A stretch of 64,000 bases of DNA from Camelus dromedarius (GCF_036321535.1 NC_087438.1:6264001-6328000), one strand, 5' to 3'; shown: positions 35,777 through 49,090, numbered from the stretch's first letter. The notes: generated by a model from the letters alone, not told the origin. A program made the numbers and translations.

Positions 35777-36847
35777 AAGAACTGGCACAAAACCAGACAC
35801 ACAGACCAATGGAACACGATAGAAAGTCCAGGATAAACCCATGCACTTATGGTCAGTTAATCTATGACAAAGGAGGTAAGAATATACAATGTAGAAAAGA
35901 CAGTCTCTTCAATAAGTCGTGCTGGGAAAACTGGACAGTTACCTGTTAAAAAGAATGAAATTAGAACATTGTCTAACACCACATACAAAAATAAACTCAA
36001 AATGGATTAAAGACCTAAGTGTAAGCCTGGATACTATAAAGCTCCTAGAGAAAAACAGGCAGAAAACTCTTTGACACAAATTGCAGCAATATTTTTTTTG
36101 AACCAGCTCCTAGAGTAAGTAATAAAAGCAAAAATAAACAAATGGGACTTGATTAAACCTTAAAAGCTTTTGCAAAACTAAGAATACCATCAACAAAACA
36201 AAAAGACAACCTACAAAATGGGAGAAAATATTTGCAAATGATGCAACTGACAAGGGACTAATTTCCAAAATATACAAACAGCTTATCCAGCTGAATATCA
36301 AAAAAACAAACAACAACAACAACAACAAAAAACCAAGCAACCCAATTGAAAAATGGGCAGAAGACCTAAATAGACATCTCTCCAAAGAACATATCCAGAT
36401 GGCCAACAGGCACATGAAAAGATGCTCAACATTGCTAACTGTTAGAGAAATGCAAATCAAAACTACAATGAGGTGTCACCTCACACCTGTCAGAATGGCC
36501 ATCATTAAGAAGTTCACAAATAATAAATGCTGGAGAAGGTGTGGAGAAAAAGGAATCCTCCTACACTGTTGGTGGGAATGTAAAAAGGTACAACCACTGT
36601 GGAGGACAATATGGAGGTTCCTTAAAAAACTAAAAATAAACTGAGCATGTGATCCAGCAACCCCACTCCTAGGCATATATCTAGAGAAAAATGTAATTCG
36701 AAAAGACAAATGCACCCCAACATTCAGAGAAGCACAATTTACAATAGCCAGGACATGGAAACAACTTAAATGTTCATTGACAGATGACTGGATAAAGATG
36801 CTGTTGTATATATACATATTGGAATACTATTCAGCCATTAAAAAGAA
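35777..36847 (+). mobile_element. Young LINE-1 ORF2 3' fragment, lacking the 3' UTR and poly(A)
   Basis: ORF 36399-36644 [38 protein letters not shown]...[25 protein letters not shown] is the L1 ORF2 cysteine-rich C-terminus. Sequence stops at tattcagccattaaaaagaa. Confidence 0.92.
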
Positions 36848-36850
36848 GAA

Positions 36851-37061
36851 CAACTGAGTGCTGATAACAACCACACAATCTTGGAAGTCAATCCGTGCCC
36901 AGTTGAGGCTCAGATGAGACCACAGCTCTGGCTAAGCAGAGAACCCAGGTGAGTCATACAGGGCCTCCCGGTCCACTGAGACTGTGAGAGGATACATAAG
37001 TGTTGTTTTAAGCCACTCCGTTTGTGGAACTATTGTTACACAGCAGGAGAAAATGAATATA
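36851..37061 (+). mobile_element. MaLR 3' LTR remnant (3' half)
   Basis: aactgagtgctgataacaaccac...gctcagatgagaccacagc...gtgttgttttaagccactccgtttgtggaactattgttacacagcaggagaaaatgaatata. Homologous to the 3' half of 33193-33712. Confidence 0.75.
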
Positions 37062-39405
37062 GACAATGACATTTGCATTTTGATAATATTTACAGAGGGG
37101 TCCATTGCTTCAACTTTATTGGTGGCTTCTTTGGGAATCAGTGCTTCTATTTAGTTTCTGTTACTCAAGAAAATAATTTTCCAGGAAATTTTACAACAGA
37201 AAAACAAAATGCCCATACCTTTGTAAGTACACATAGACAATAAGTTAGATATTTTCTTTATCCATTATTTAGAAAAAAATGTGAATATTTCTGAGATTTG
37301 TTTCAATAGAGCTTTCATTGAGTTATTTCATAAATTGGAGATTTTGTCCCAAATGAAAAGTCATTAACTATAATCCTAGCGTTAACTTAGGGACTTTTTC
37401 GGGAGAGTCAGTTTATTCATTTGCGGCCACTCGGGAGTTCCTCAGGGTTGCTGATGTTTAATAAGCCCGATGGGATTTTACTAGTGATTATGTGTGTCTA
37501 ATCCTTGGTCTTTTGTACCTGCTCATGGAGACCAGGGTCTCCTTTAATCTTGAGTTTGGTTCCCCAAAATCCCTTTTTGTCAGAATCAGGATGGTATTCC
37601 TTTATGTCACTTAGGTAGAGAGACGTCCTACATCACATGGCAAAGGAACCTAAAAAGTCTTTTGCTTGTAAAGATCAAGCAAGAGATATCAAGTATTTGT
37701 TTTTCCTAGTTTTCATTAACTTCTTGGTAGCCCCCTAGAAACGCTGTTTAGAAGGGAGCCTTCAAGGGGGACACAGTCCCTGTTCTTAACATCCATGCAT
37801 CTATTACTTAAGTTCAAATATTTCCTCACTAAGCAATATTCATCTAGCCCAAATGAGTGTTTCTTCTGTTAAAAAAAAAAAAGAACATTTTAAGTGGGAG
37901 TCCCCCAAACACATTCGTCATCCTATTCTTTTTCTGAAAATGAAGCCTTATGAACACTTGTAAATGGACACAGAACACGTATCTATGTTAACCACAGAAT
38001 AAACCAGCTTCTTCCTGTGTGCTCCTGGGAAAGGTGATAACACATGTTAGGCTTTAGGAGGTGTGGTGATTCTAGGGGCGACTTTGCACTGATGGAGGTG
38101 ACTTTGCCTGAATGGGCTTTATTATGTGACAACGTATAGCATTTTAAAACTTCCAATCAATTTGAAACCTTACAATGCCAAAAAATAGCAGGGAGACGAC
38201 TTTCCCATAATCAGCTTTCCCACTTATCAACTGGTGTCAGATTAGAAATGACAGACGTGCACAAGACTGTCGCCGGGGACCACTTTAAAAACAACCAGCC
38301 CTGCTTTGTAAAAATCATCCTGCATTTTCCTTTGAATCGAAAGAATGAAATCTTAATTGGTAATTTAAGAACACAGTGGAGAAAGGAAGAAACAATTCTC
38401 TGCAGTTAGTTGCAGGCTATAATAAATAATAAAGAATTATCTATACACTAAGCCTGTTGGTTTTTGTCTATATAAATATTAATCATGTAGCAAATAATTG
38501 CATACAGCATTTTTATGAGGCCCCCACTGAACCCGTTTCACTGGATACAAGCCTTACTACATTTTAATTAAAAGGTATTGAAAGTCATTTTGCTTCACGT
38601 GGATCAATAAGATAAGTTTATATGAGGACAAAGAGTAAGAGTCCAGAAGGTGATTTGAAATTCACCTACTTGGATTTTCTCCCAACAACCATATACGGGA
38701 ATGTACTTTAAATACACAAGAGAAGAACCAATGATCACAACTGTAGATTTTATGAAGCCAAAACCAAATGTCTGCATCTATGAAAAGCAAGAAATTGTCA
38801 AATATGAGACCACGGAAATGTCCGCATGGCGTGCTGAAAGCTTAAAATACACGGACAAGGATCCCCCACCCCGGGTCATCCTGCAGCTTCACTGAGGGTT
38901 AAAAGACAAGTTAAGAGACAAGTGTGTAGCTGTAAATGTAACCAAAATACTGAGTACACCCTCACTTACGCACCACTTGCTTAATCTGGCTGTGACGGAA
39001 AACTTACCTCATTTGATCAGTACCATCTGGACCAGGACTGGCGCAGGCCCTACTTGGAATTGTAGGTTGGAGGGCGGTCCAGATGAATAAGCATTCTCCA
39101 CCAGACTCACTTGCCTTGGGAGGGAACCCACTGGAGGTGCCCACTGTCCCTGGATCTCCAGTCCCTTGGGAACTGCTCAGCTGAGCAAAGCCTGCGGGCT
39201 CCCTGGCGGGCCAGTGATGCTGTCAGCCCCAAGCTTTGGTCAAAATTAAAGGATGTCAGGAAAAGAGGGGGGCCGTTCAGCTCAACAGAAAGGGATGCCA
39301 CAGATAAGCTGAGCTGGATCCGAAAGGAAAACCGCCGGGAAACCGACCACGCTGGAATGACAGTGAGCGTGAGGATGGCGGTGCGGGCACAGAGAGCGGA
39401 CGTAC

Positions 39406-39549
39406 CTTTCCTCGCGGTTCTGGCCCACGCACACCCGGCCCCCGTGCCGGGGCGTGGGGTTGCTGCAGGACCGCTGCCGCACCTGGAAGCCGATCCCACA
39501 GGTGGTGCTGCACGGAGACCACGAGGTCCAGGGGGTCCAGCCTCCATTC
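39406..39549 (-). CDS. SEMA5A: Semaphorin-5A internal coding exon (second TSP1 repeat; probably exon 15)
   Basis: Translates (R)NGGWTPWTSWSPCSTTCGIGFQVRQRSCSNPTPRHGGRVCVGQNREE(R), with WxxWxxWxxC and CSTTCG TSP1 motifs. Acceptor tcctcccccAG|G, donor AG|GTACGT. 144 bp, phase 2 to 2. Confidence 0.97.
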
Positions 39550-42500
39550 CTGGGGGAGGAAGCAACGCGGTCACTGGTCCGACCGGCTCGGAGCCCAACC
39601 CCCGTCTGCACCCACCCCCAAATTCACACATTCCCCTGCACAGACCATCGACAGCAGGCTGTGAAGGAGAGGGGAACAGACAGCCATGGGAATAAACGCA
39701 CTGTGTCGCAGGAACCTCTGTCACTGTGAGGTTCCCCCCACTAGCTACCTGATTTTAGAGTCAAAACAGAAAATTTAAGGGTCAAGTTTTAAGTGCACTG
39801 TAAATAATTTAAAATGGGCTATATCAGAATTATATTAATTAAGAAAGTTGTTTCTTAATTAATGAAAATGTTCAACTAATGAATTTAATAATGCTATTTC
39901 ACCGAAAACCAGGGACGAATCTCTGAAACTTTAGAGTTTGTGATTTTTTATTTGACTTGTACTCTATCAGTTATAATCTATGAAAAGTGCACTTTTGAGC
40001 AAACTAATCATTTAAATGATTTTTACTTTTAAACTCCACTGACATCAATGAAAATCAGTAACTCTCTTGATGGCACTTCTATTGACATAGAGCACCATAA
40101 TGTTCAAAGCTTTAAACAAGCTTTATCACAAATGAAGAAAGGATATTTAAAATTCAGATTCTTGGAGTTTTTTTGAAATTTGATAAAGATATGAAGTATA
40201 AATAAGAAGTGCAAATTATTTATATCTTTATGTAAGTATATATAAAATAAGGTAGATATATTAAAATATAAAATTAAAAATTTAATGAACCACTTTTATA
40301 AAATAAGCTGCTACTAACAGCTAGAGAAAATTTTTTGTTCAATATCCTATTTTTCCTTGAAATGTCTGCATGTAGAATATTTATAATTTCAATATCTCCC
40401 TTAGCAGTTTATCCCTGCTGTTAAAAAACAAACTGTAGGCATTTAAAAATTTAAAAATTTTAAAATATCTGTGAAATTCAGAGCCCAAACTCTCACACAG
40501 ACAGTCTACTGCATTTAGAAGTTTTTTCTCCTTCTCTAGTTACGTCTGCATTTCTAAATAGTTGTTAAATTCATCCATAGGATTTAGATTTCCACTGAAA
40601 AAATGCAACTCACATTAATTCTTATTTCATATATTTCTTTAAAAGCATGCAGGTCCATAGCTATGTCATTGAAACTCAAGGCATAAACAACAAATTGAAT
40701 ATGTAACTTCCAATATAATTTCAAATGAATGTTCCTCTAAGAAAATGCTTAGTATATTTCATATTTCCCTCCTTTATTTTCTGGAACAGAATAATAATCT
40801 AAAGAAAATATATAGTGATACTTTGATGTATGACATCATAACAAAGCTGCTTTATGGGAATTTAACCGAAATACCACAAGAGAAGCCAGATCCTCCCAAG
40901 TGGCTTCTGAAGATAACTAGTATCTTATACTCCATTATCTACACAATTTAAAAAAGTATTGAAGTAACTCAGTGAGCTCCATACAAAAAGAGCAATTTCA
41001 ACATAAATAAAATAATACTTTTACTTTCAAAGTTTCTTAATATATGAAAAAAAAAAAACTTAGATGATGCAGGAAACACTCCCAAAACTTTTTGGAAATT
41101 CTTAATTTCCTAAACCTTTTAGCAAACGTGACATTTTATAATACAGTCTATTTACAATACATGGAATGTGTCGTAGACAGAGAGGTAGGTAAATGGAAGT
41201 ATATGTAAATGACAGGAATATAAAAGGCGAGGAAATAAGTGAGTGCATTGTCCATGTTTGTTTATTCTGTGGAGCTGGGTCTGCACGCCTGTAAATGCAA
41301 ATTAGAGGCAGGCGTGGTAGCAGGCAACCAAAGCAGCAGCAAAAGGTAAGCATACATCAGCAGATGGATCATGTTTGTGGTTAGGTCAGTCCAAAATAAC
41401 CCACTTACGCATTTAAAGTATCACTAAAACAGGTTCACTTATTTGATTTATAGTCTGAAAATAACCACTAATTGTGGTCTGTGTAGTGAATGACATTCCA
41501 ACTAAAACCAGAGCTGAGGAGGTATCAGTAAAGGAGTCCCAGTAATGCACTTGGTAGTCCTTTTTTCCGTTAAACAATATAAAGAAGAATATTAGTCATT
41601 TATTACGCTCGTCCAGCAATAACAGTTCTGTAGCTTTTATAAGGTTTCTGCCACAGGCATCCACGGAAATTATTAGTTTTATAGAAATAATGCAGTGCAT
41701 AATGCAATATTGAGATGCTTTTGTTTTCTGTAATAACGCAGATAATTGAATCTCTGTAGCCTTGATGGGATAGGTGATCTGGGCTGGCCTGTTTGGAAAA
41801 CGTGAACAGAGGGCAAAATCTGCCCCTGCACCTTGCCTTTTCTTATCTGACCCATCTTCTCCTCTTGGGCAGGCAGTGCCCTCACTCCCTGGGTTGCCAT
41901 ACAGTGCGGTCACCCAATGTGATTTTCAGGATTAGTGACAACATAGGCAATTCGCCCAAAGATCTTTGCATTCTATACAGGCTCCTGGGAAGAAAATACT
42001 GCTTAAAAAGAATTCTACATTAAGTGAAGAGAATTTGAAGACCAATCTGAGAAGCTTTCCTGGTGCTTGTTTTGAAATATAAAATATTACTGTGGTCATG
42101 GTGCTGGGAAAGGAGGAGCACGGAAAGGAGGAGCAATCTGAGAACAGTTGTTAAAAAAAAAAACAAACAACAAGAACACAATACACAGAGGAGACAGGAA
42201 ACCTACTCCGTGGACCACAGCATTTGACCTGTTCTCCTGGTCAGCCAGGAGCTGCTATTAGTTGAGTGGGGGGGGCCTGAGCTCAGATACCCCAGCACAG
42301 AGAGGAGCTCTTTGAATAAGGATGTGGCTTCTATCTCCCATCTACTGTCAAAGTGCACAGTCGTGGACGCTGTGGCCGGCCTTTCTTCAGATGCTGCGGG
42401 TGTTGGTGGCCCTGACTCTCAGCTGAGAGGCTCTAACACCATCGAGGGTCCTGCCATGGGCTGAAGTCCTGACTGGACACAGCTCAGCCCTCCCGACCCC

Positions 42501-44666
42501 GCTGCGGATGCTCAGGGCCTTCTCCAATTCACATTCTGCACACAAACAATCTCCCTGTCAGGGTGGCACTCCTGGCCAACCCATGATGGGCACAGGCTTT
42601 GCTCCTAGAGAAAAGTCCCATTAGGGAAGGTGTGGGTCAGAAACACAGAAAGATTAATTTTATTTATTTTTTATTATTTTATTTTATTTTATTTTAACTT
42701 TTAATTAATTTTTTTTACTGATTTTATTTAGGTGACTAAGTCCTATCAAGCCTCCAAGCCGTCCCTTGATGTTCTGCCTTTCTACTTAGCTAGATTTAGT
42801 CCCTCCCTCCCTCCCTAAGAATTAGAATTCAGAAGTGATGTACACATCCATGTGTTCACTTTAAGTATAAAATTAAACCAGATCTTTCCGATCGATAGTA
42901 AGTCTGACGTGGCCCTGGCTTGATAATAAAGTCTGGCTTAGCTAATAACTTCATATTGTGATTTCTTTTCATAAATCGAATGCCTTTAATCTGCTGCTCC
43001 AAGGGAGTGAGAAAACAAATTTAAATGATGTGATACGATAAACAGAGTTTAATCAAAGACACTATATCTGCAAAATGGATTGAATTAGCAATATTTTGAA
43101 TTTCTCAACACTTTGAGTATATTGGATTAAACAATAACAGTAATAAGTAAAAAAGAACAGGCTTCATTTAGAGTCATTAGACCAGCATTTGCAAAGCCTT
43201 TCTGACGCGCTCTGCACACGCTGAGGAGGAACCTGACAAGAGGGACCGAGCAAAAAGAAATGGGCTTGCAGGTTAGGTGGTTTCCAGTTCTTTCCTTCCA
43301 ACAAAATTGAGGCCAACATACACAGATTATCAACTGACACAGGGCATTAAAACAGTCTTTGATGTGAGATTGCCCTATTGTTGGCAGGTAACTTCGAAGG
43401 GACATGTAGATTAATGGCCCTTTGCTGCTAGAAGACAAAATGGTTGTTGTGGACTGGCCTAATCCACTTGGCTCCGCACCACTGTCCCTCTGCTTTGACA
43501 GCATCAGTGGCTCCAATGGTTAGAAGCAAGTGAGCAGGAGGGGCCCTACCTCCTGGCCTCGCCACGAGCTGGTTCGTAAGGATGAAGGCAAATCTCAGCT
43601 CAGGACACAATCTGGGACAGGGCCTGCTTTTGTAAATGATGGAGCCCCAGGCTCCTCCCCCTCAGGAGTGTTAAACGTGCACTCGTGAGAGTCTCGTAAA
43701 GCAGGCGTGATGCTTCCGGCCGCTGAGCAGCCAGCTTTGAGTCAGACCAGGGAAAGGCATCCTCCAGGGAGCGGCTATCACTGCAGACACGGTACCCAAG
43801 TCATGCAAGGGCGGAGATGGACGCACAGCGAATCAGCTCATCCACGCTTGGATGCCTCCTAATTCGTCCACCGAAAACTACCCTTAACAGCCCCTTAGAC
43901 CTGATGGGGACCCTCTCATGCAGATTTGGAAGGTATATGCACCATTAGAAGCAGGCGCCTCTGGGTGTGAGCGCCATATAGGGTAGTTTGGGTGGTTTCA
44001 GAAGCTGCCCCAGAGTCGGTATTCCCAAACCTGTAAAGGACAGATGGAGGGCAGCAGCTAAAGCTCACGTGCCACACAGGTACCTGGCACTGTGACGGCA
44101 CAGCCGTCATTCAGGGTTTGTACCAGGACACTGTGATTTCTGGGTGCAGTGGTCTTCATAGCAAGTTACTCACCTGCCCCCTAAAAGAATGTTGATAAAA
44201 ACTAGATACCCCTCAACTACTTGTAAGCTTGCATCTATTTTTTTCTTTAAAAGTTGCAAAGACATAATTTCTGTAACATCACTATTTAAATGTGTGAATG
44301 GAATTTAAACACAGTGATTTGATAACCACCTTCTCATTTAAAAAAATTGATGAACAAGGATCTAATTTAACTTTCAGAAATTTTATGTTTTTCCCTCTTC
44401 TCTTTCACATCATGCACACTTGAAAATACTCTTCCTAATCTAACAATGAGCAGACGAACAGATTTAGATTTAGCTAAATGTACAAATAGCTTTAGAATCC
44501 AATTTGTAATTTAAAATCTCCTTCCATAGGTCACGTGATTTTTAAGTGGTAAATGGCCCCTTCTGCCACCTTTTTCTTGAAGGTGGAAGGTATATATTGG
44601 AAGCGATTTCCCAAGCTTCTCCACAGGCTGAGAGTAAAGGACGGCTGAGTGCTGGGGGGGACACAC

Positions 44667-44848
44667 CTGGAACAGTTAGCGATCTCCACGCGGGGGCCCT
44701 CGCACTGCCAGCCGCCACACTGGGGGGCCGGGCTGTCGCAGGAGCGGGTGCGACACAGGCAGGATCCCACGGCGCTGCCATCAGTGTGCGTGCAGGGCGT
44801 CCACGGAGACCACGAGCCAAAGCGCCCGTCCACGGTGAGATTCCTGGT
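44667..44848 (-). CDS. SEMA5A: Semaphorin-5A internal coding exon (first TSP1 repeat; probably exon 14)
   Basis: Translates TRNLTVDGRFGSWSPWTPCTHTDGSAVGSCLCRTRSCDSPAPQCGGWQCEGPRVEIANCS(R). Acceptor ctgcttcccAG|ACC, donor AG|GTGTGT. 182 bp, phase 0 to 2, in frame with the flanking exons. Confidence 0.97.
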
Positions 44849-45031
44849 CTGGGAAGCAGATAGAGGGAGGATGTCAGAGGGGTTAAGGCTGCACACACAA
44901 TAGAGAAAAAATGAAAGGTCTCCCACAAGACCATCGGAACTCACTTAGGATACTTCATACTACAATGAAAAAGAGACGAACGGGGAAGTATTTCAGACTA
45001 AAGCAGCAGATGTCTTTGGTGGAGACAGCGA

Positions 45032-45120
45032 TGGGAGGGAGAGGAAAAAAGGGAGGCAGAGGGGAGGAGGAGGCGGAAGAAAAGAAGGAGGAGGAGGAGG
45101 ATGGGGAAGGGAAGGAAGGA
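45032..45120. repeat. GA-rich low-complexity / (GAG)n tract
   Basis: Purine-dominated run gggagggagaggaaaaaagggaggcagaggggaggaggagg...gaggaggaggagg...gggaagggaaggaagga. Confidence 0.85.
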
Positions 45121-45835
45121 TGCTAATGACTTGTCAATCAAGTGATGGCAGGACTGTCCACTCACGGAAGAAACCCAAGGAACAGGAAGAGTTGCAGTGA
45201 AAAAGCACAGACGTACAACTCTGTGAATTTTTACATACCTTAAAAAAATGAAAGATTCATCAACTAGTTTTATTTAAGACCTGGCTTAGCCTCAACAGTC
45301 ACCTCCAACTGACTTATAATTTATAACATATTAAAACAGTGCCTATTCAGCGACGGGAACTCTACCAGCTGTTAGCCGGCAAGGAGGAACTAGATCCCCA
45401 GTTATTACTGCAAGTAAATGCAGTGATGGAGCTCGGAGCAGGGCTGTGGGAGCAGACGGGCCTCTGGGCGAGCTCGTGGGGTCTGGAAGGACAGGGAGGG
45501 GCCCGTGCTGGGTCCTGCAGGGTGCTGTAGGCCCCGGGAAGGAGTCAGCCGGGGTTGTCGAGGCCAAGGGCACTGCAGCTGTCACGTGTTGAGGACACCC
45601 AGACTGTCCTGTCACTAAGGGAGGGGGTTGGGTGGTGCAGAGGAAGCCAAGCTGAGAACTGAACCAGGAGTCATAGCAGGGTCAGAGGAGGGGGCCTGGA
45701 TACCCTGTGACTGTGACACGGAAGCCCTGAGGGCCCGGGGAAGAAGGGACGGGCCTCACCAGCAGTCCCCTGGCCCCTGGCGACTAGTGCTGATGGAACA
45801 GGGGGCATCATCACCTCAAATGTGACAAGAGGATC

Positions 45836-45871
45836 TTCTCGGGGGCTGCAGGGTTCTCGGGGGCTGCAGGG
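45836..45871. repeat. Perfect 18-bp tandem duplication (ttctcgggggctgcaggg x2)
   Basis: Directly visible at 45836-45853 and 45854-45871. Confidence 0.95.
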
Positions 45872-47504
45872 TGTTCTTAAGACTCAAGACTCATGGGACC
45901 CAGCCTCCAGATCACCCGGCCCCAAAAAGGAATCTCCCCTCTGAAAGGGGACAGCAGAAGACCTAAGGGCCAAACCTCCAACTTAACACGGGGACTTGTG
46001 CGTTTCTTAGCAAATACGACAAATGAAGAGCAGGATTACAAGTAGGTGACAAGCTTTCCCTTCACCCCTGCTGCCCCCACCGTCTCGCCCCACGCGTCCT
46101 GCCCTGGACGACTGCGGGGACTGAGGACTTGTCAGCCGCACAGGAGAGGACTCCACGGAGGAGACCGTCCATTCTTCGCAGGTTCAGAACAAAGCCGACA
46201 CCACATGTGTGTGTGGACATCCAGGCAAGCTTCACCTCTGCTCCATCACGCCTCCAAACATGACAGGAAAGCGTGAACTTGTGTGTTCACGCCTCTGACA
46301 CGGCCGCTCGCCTCTAGCTGCCACAGTTATGACCCTGTCCCTCCTTCCTTCTGATCAGCACTCCGAGGCTTCAGACCCACATGCCTGGCAGTTTCTATAA
46401 GAAGCCTTGATGACAGTGAGGGGATAGATTCCACGTGATTCTCCACATCCTCCCAGAGGGAGTGAATCTACAAAGGCAGATTTTTCCGAAGAGGAAAATA
46501 TCCCCATTTCTAAGGTCCCTGTAACTCCTCCGTCCCACCGGGACAAAGATGCAGCTTCTACTCTGACCGTAAGGAGAACTTACTGTTTTCTTGGGCTCTT
46601 GTTGAGGGTAGGGAAGGGGTCAGTACACGGCCTCACTGGGATTTACGATGCTTCCAAATCCTCACGTGGTTTTAAGTCCAGACACCTGCCCGCGATGTAA
46701 TGTTCTCACCGTAGGGAGCATCAGCCCCTTGCTCACGGAACCAGAGTCAGGAACAACAGTGATCACACCGTGTATCTGTATGACTTTCACACAATCTAGG
46801 TCCACGCTCTTCACTAATCATACTGATCATTACTATCCCTCTGTGAGTGTGCTGTCTGGGGAGCCCTGCAGAGCCAGCCCCCCTCTCCTGCTACCTGCCC
46901 TATGGGGGTACGAGCCCCCCCGGTAATGAGGAGTGGTGAGAGGCTAGAGCTCAGAGGCCAAGGAAAACGGCACCTGAGTGCTTGTCAGGTGGTCGGTACA
47001 GGGACGACAGTCTAGTTAAGGCCCGTTAGACATAAAAGCATTGCATGGATCATACGGAAATGATGCCGAGTTCCATTTTGGCTTCACAGATGCAAATATG
47101 GTTCCATGTGCCTCCCTCACGGCATCCAAATGATGCTCTACCTCGGACAAGACCCAGATCTGCATGACAAGGAACTCAGTCTATGGCCTTCCCCGTGTAC
47201 TTCTAGATGGAGGTGTTGGTTGGAAGGGGAAATCGGGGACAAGGATTCTCATGGAGGAATAAGAAGAAAGGAGGGCATTTTCACATAAACATTTCATGGC
47301 TTTTATGCAAATTACTGACAGGTTTGGCTCACTGGCTGGATTTATACAGGATATGAGGGATCCCACTGAACAAGTGACTGATGAACAGATGAACTGTGGA
47401 AAGAGGGGGTTTCAGGGCACGAGGCTGGACTGTGTCCCCACGGTGCTGCTCTGGGTACGACATAGGGAGGGGCAAGTGCCTGTGTCTCTTGCACCCCAAA
47501 CATG

Positions 47505-47527
47505 CACACACACACACACACACACAC
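47505..47527. repeat. (CA)11 microsatellite
   Basis: Directly visible. Confidence 0.95.
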
Positions 47528-48934
47528 GTGCCACAGCACGTGGACAATAGCTCAAAGAGCTTAACAGGGAATTTTTAAAGCAACATGAAAAAACAACCAA
47601 AACAAACTGCCACCACTCACGTAGTTTAATGCACCATACTGATGCTAACATTTTACATGAAAAACTTCCTCCTCCTCTGAAGGCCTGCTTTTCTGTGGAC
47701 TAGACTCCAGCCCAGCCCAGAAGGAGCCAGAAGCCTCTAGAATGTTGCTGGAGTGTCGGGGAAAGAGAGCCCCACAAGTTACGAAGTATAAAATAATGTG
47801 GCTTCGTATTATCGGTGGGGGTCCCAGAGATGAAGATCTAGGTCCAAAGTACTTGCATTTATGATGATGCTGGAAGGACCGTGAAGAGGATGTAATGAAA
47901 ACGCTTTGGGCAGAAGTGTGGGCTGTGTTAAGGGAACAAACAAGGGACGCTGAGGACGCAGGGACAGACAACGTGGGGAGCTGGGACAGTGCTCGGCCTG
48001 TCGGCTTATTGCATGGAGGGGAGGACAGGTTGTGGGGGCCTGAGTGGAGGACAGAGCCTGGGCTGGAGCTGCCCAACAGGGGCTGTAACAGGGGCACGAG
48101 ACCTGGCTGAAACTGCAACCTGAGCAGAAGGAGGGCAAGGAAGGCGTACCCCAGCCTCTCTCTTCCTGCCCAAGGTGTGCGCAGCCTGGTTCCACCACCA
48201 CCAGAGAGACCGGGGCGAGGGGGAGCAATCTGGAAGTGGGAAAGCTCAGGCTCAGATGCGGCCCAATTTGCTCAAAGTCACTGGTCATAAAAGACACAAG
48301 AATCCGTCTAAACAAGCTAAATCCAAAGCCTGTGATGTCAGCCACTTCATTCTTTGGTGTGATTCTTAGATCCTTCTTTGGTGAGAGTCTCATGGGAATC
48401 AGCTTTGCATACTTTTATCCCTGACTGTGTGATAGCAAAGTCCTCTTCACCAGGAAATAACAGACTTCCAAGAGCTGGCTACGGAAGATCCAACTTTTGT
48501 TAACAAGCGTAATCTCCAATCCTACGTTTATTCATGATCAACTCATTAATTCACGACCGATCAAGGATGCAGATGTGTATGATGAGCACGGAGGTCCTTG
48601 GGGACATCCTAGGTCCTTCCTCCACCCCACCACCCTTCTCTTGTGACTAAATCAAAGTCCTATACTTTCTATTCAGATATTCTTCCAGAAGTTAAAAGAT
48701 CTTCCTTTATTTCTTTTCAAAGTCTCATGTACTTTTGGTCGGAGACTAACAAAACAGGATGCTGGATACACCCCGTGGACAGACTGGCCTCGTGCTACGG
48801 CGCTGACTTCCTGTGACCCTTATGTCTCTCTGTGCAGGTGCGTTCCAGGAAGGGAAGGCGTGCCTTTGAAGAGGACTAAGCTGAGCACTGAGTGGCCTCC
48901 GCTGGGCTGGGCTGGGTGAACAGAGGCAATGTTT

Positions 48935-49090
48935 ACTGCCTCTGAGTCCCAGTCCTTTGATCTATAAAATGGAAGCAACAGCATTCATTCCAGGGGTTCA
49001 TTATGAACTTTAAGTGAGGTAGTTCACTGGCAGGTGCCTCACAAGGCACTGAGCACATGGTCCAGACACACAATTAACCTTAGTTCCTTT
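48935..49090 (+). mobile_element. MIR fragment
   Basis: gcctctgagtcccagtcctttgatctataaaatggaagcaacagc...cagggg..attatgaactttaagtgag. Confidence 0.6.

Noticed and set aside
36110..36817. Several 80-116 aa ORFs on both strands
   Set aside because: They are L1 ORF2 remnants and their antisense frames, not host genes.
39107..39729. Long overlapping ORFs (205, 194 and 109 aa)
   Set aside because: GC-rich shadow frames around exon 15. Only the 144-bp spliced segment matches a known protein.
44911..45126. Glu/Lys/Gly-rich 71-aa ORF
   Set aside because: Translation of a GA-rich low-complexity tract.
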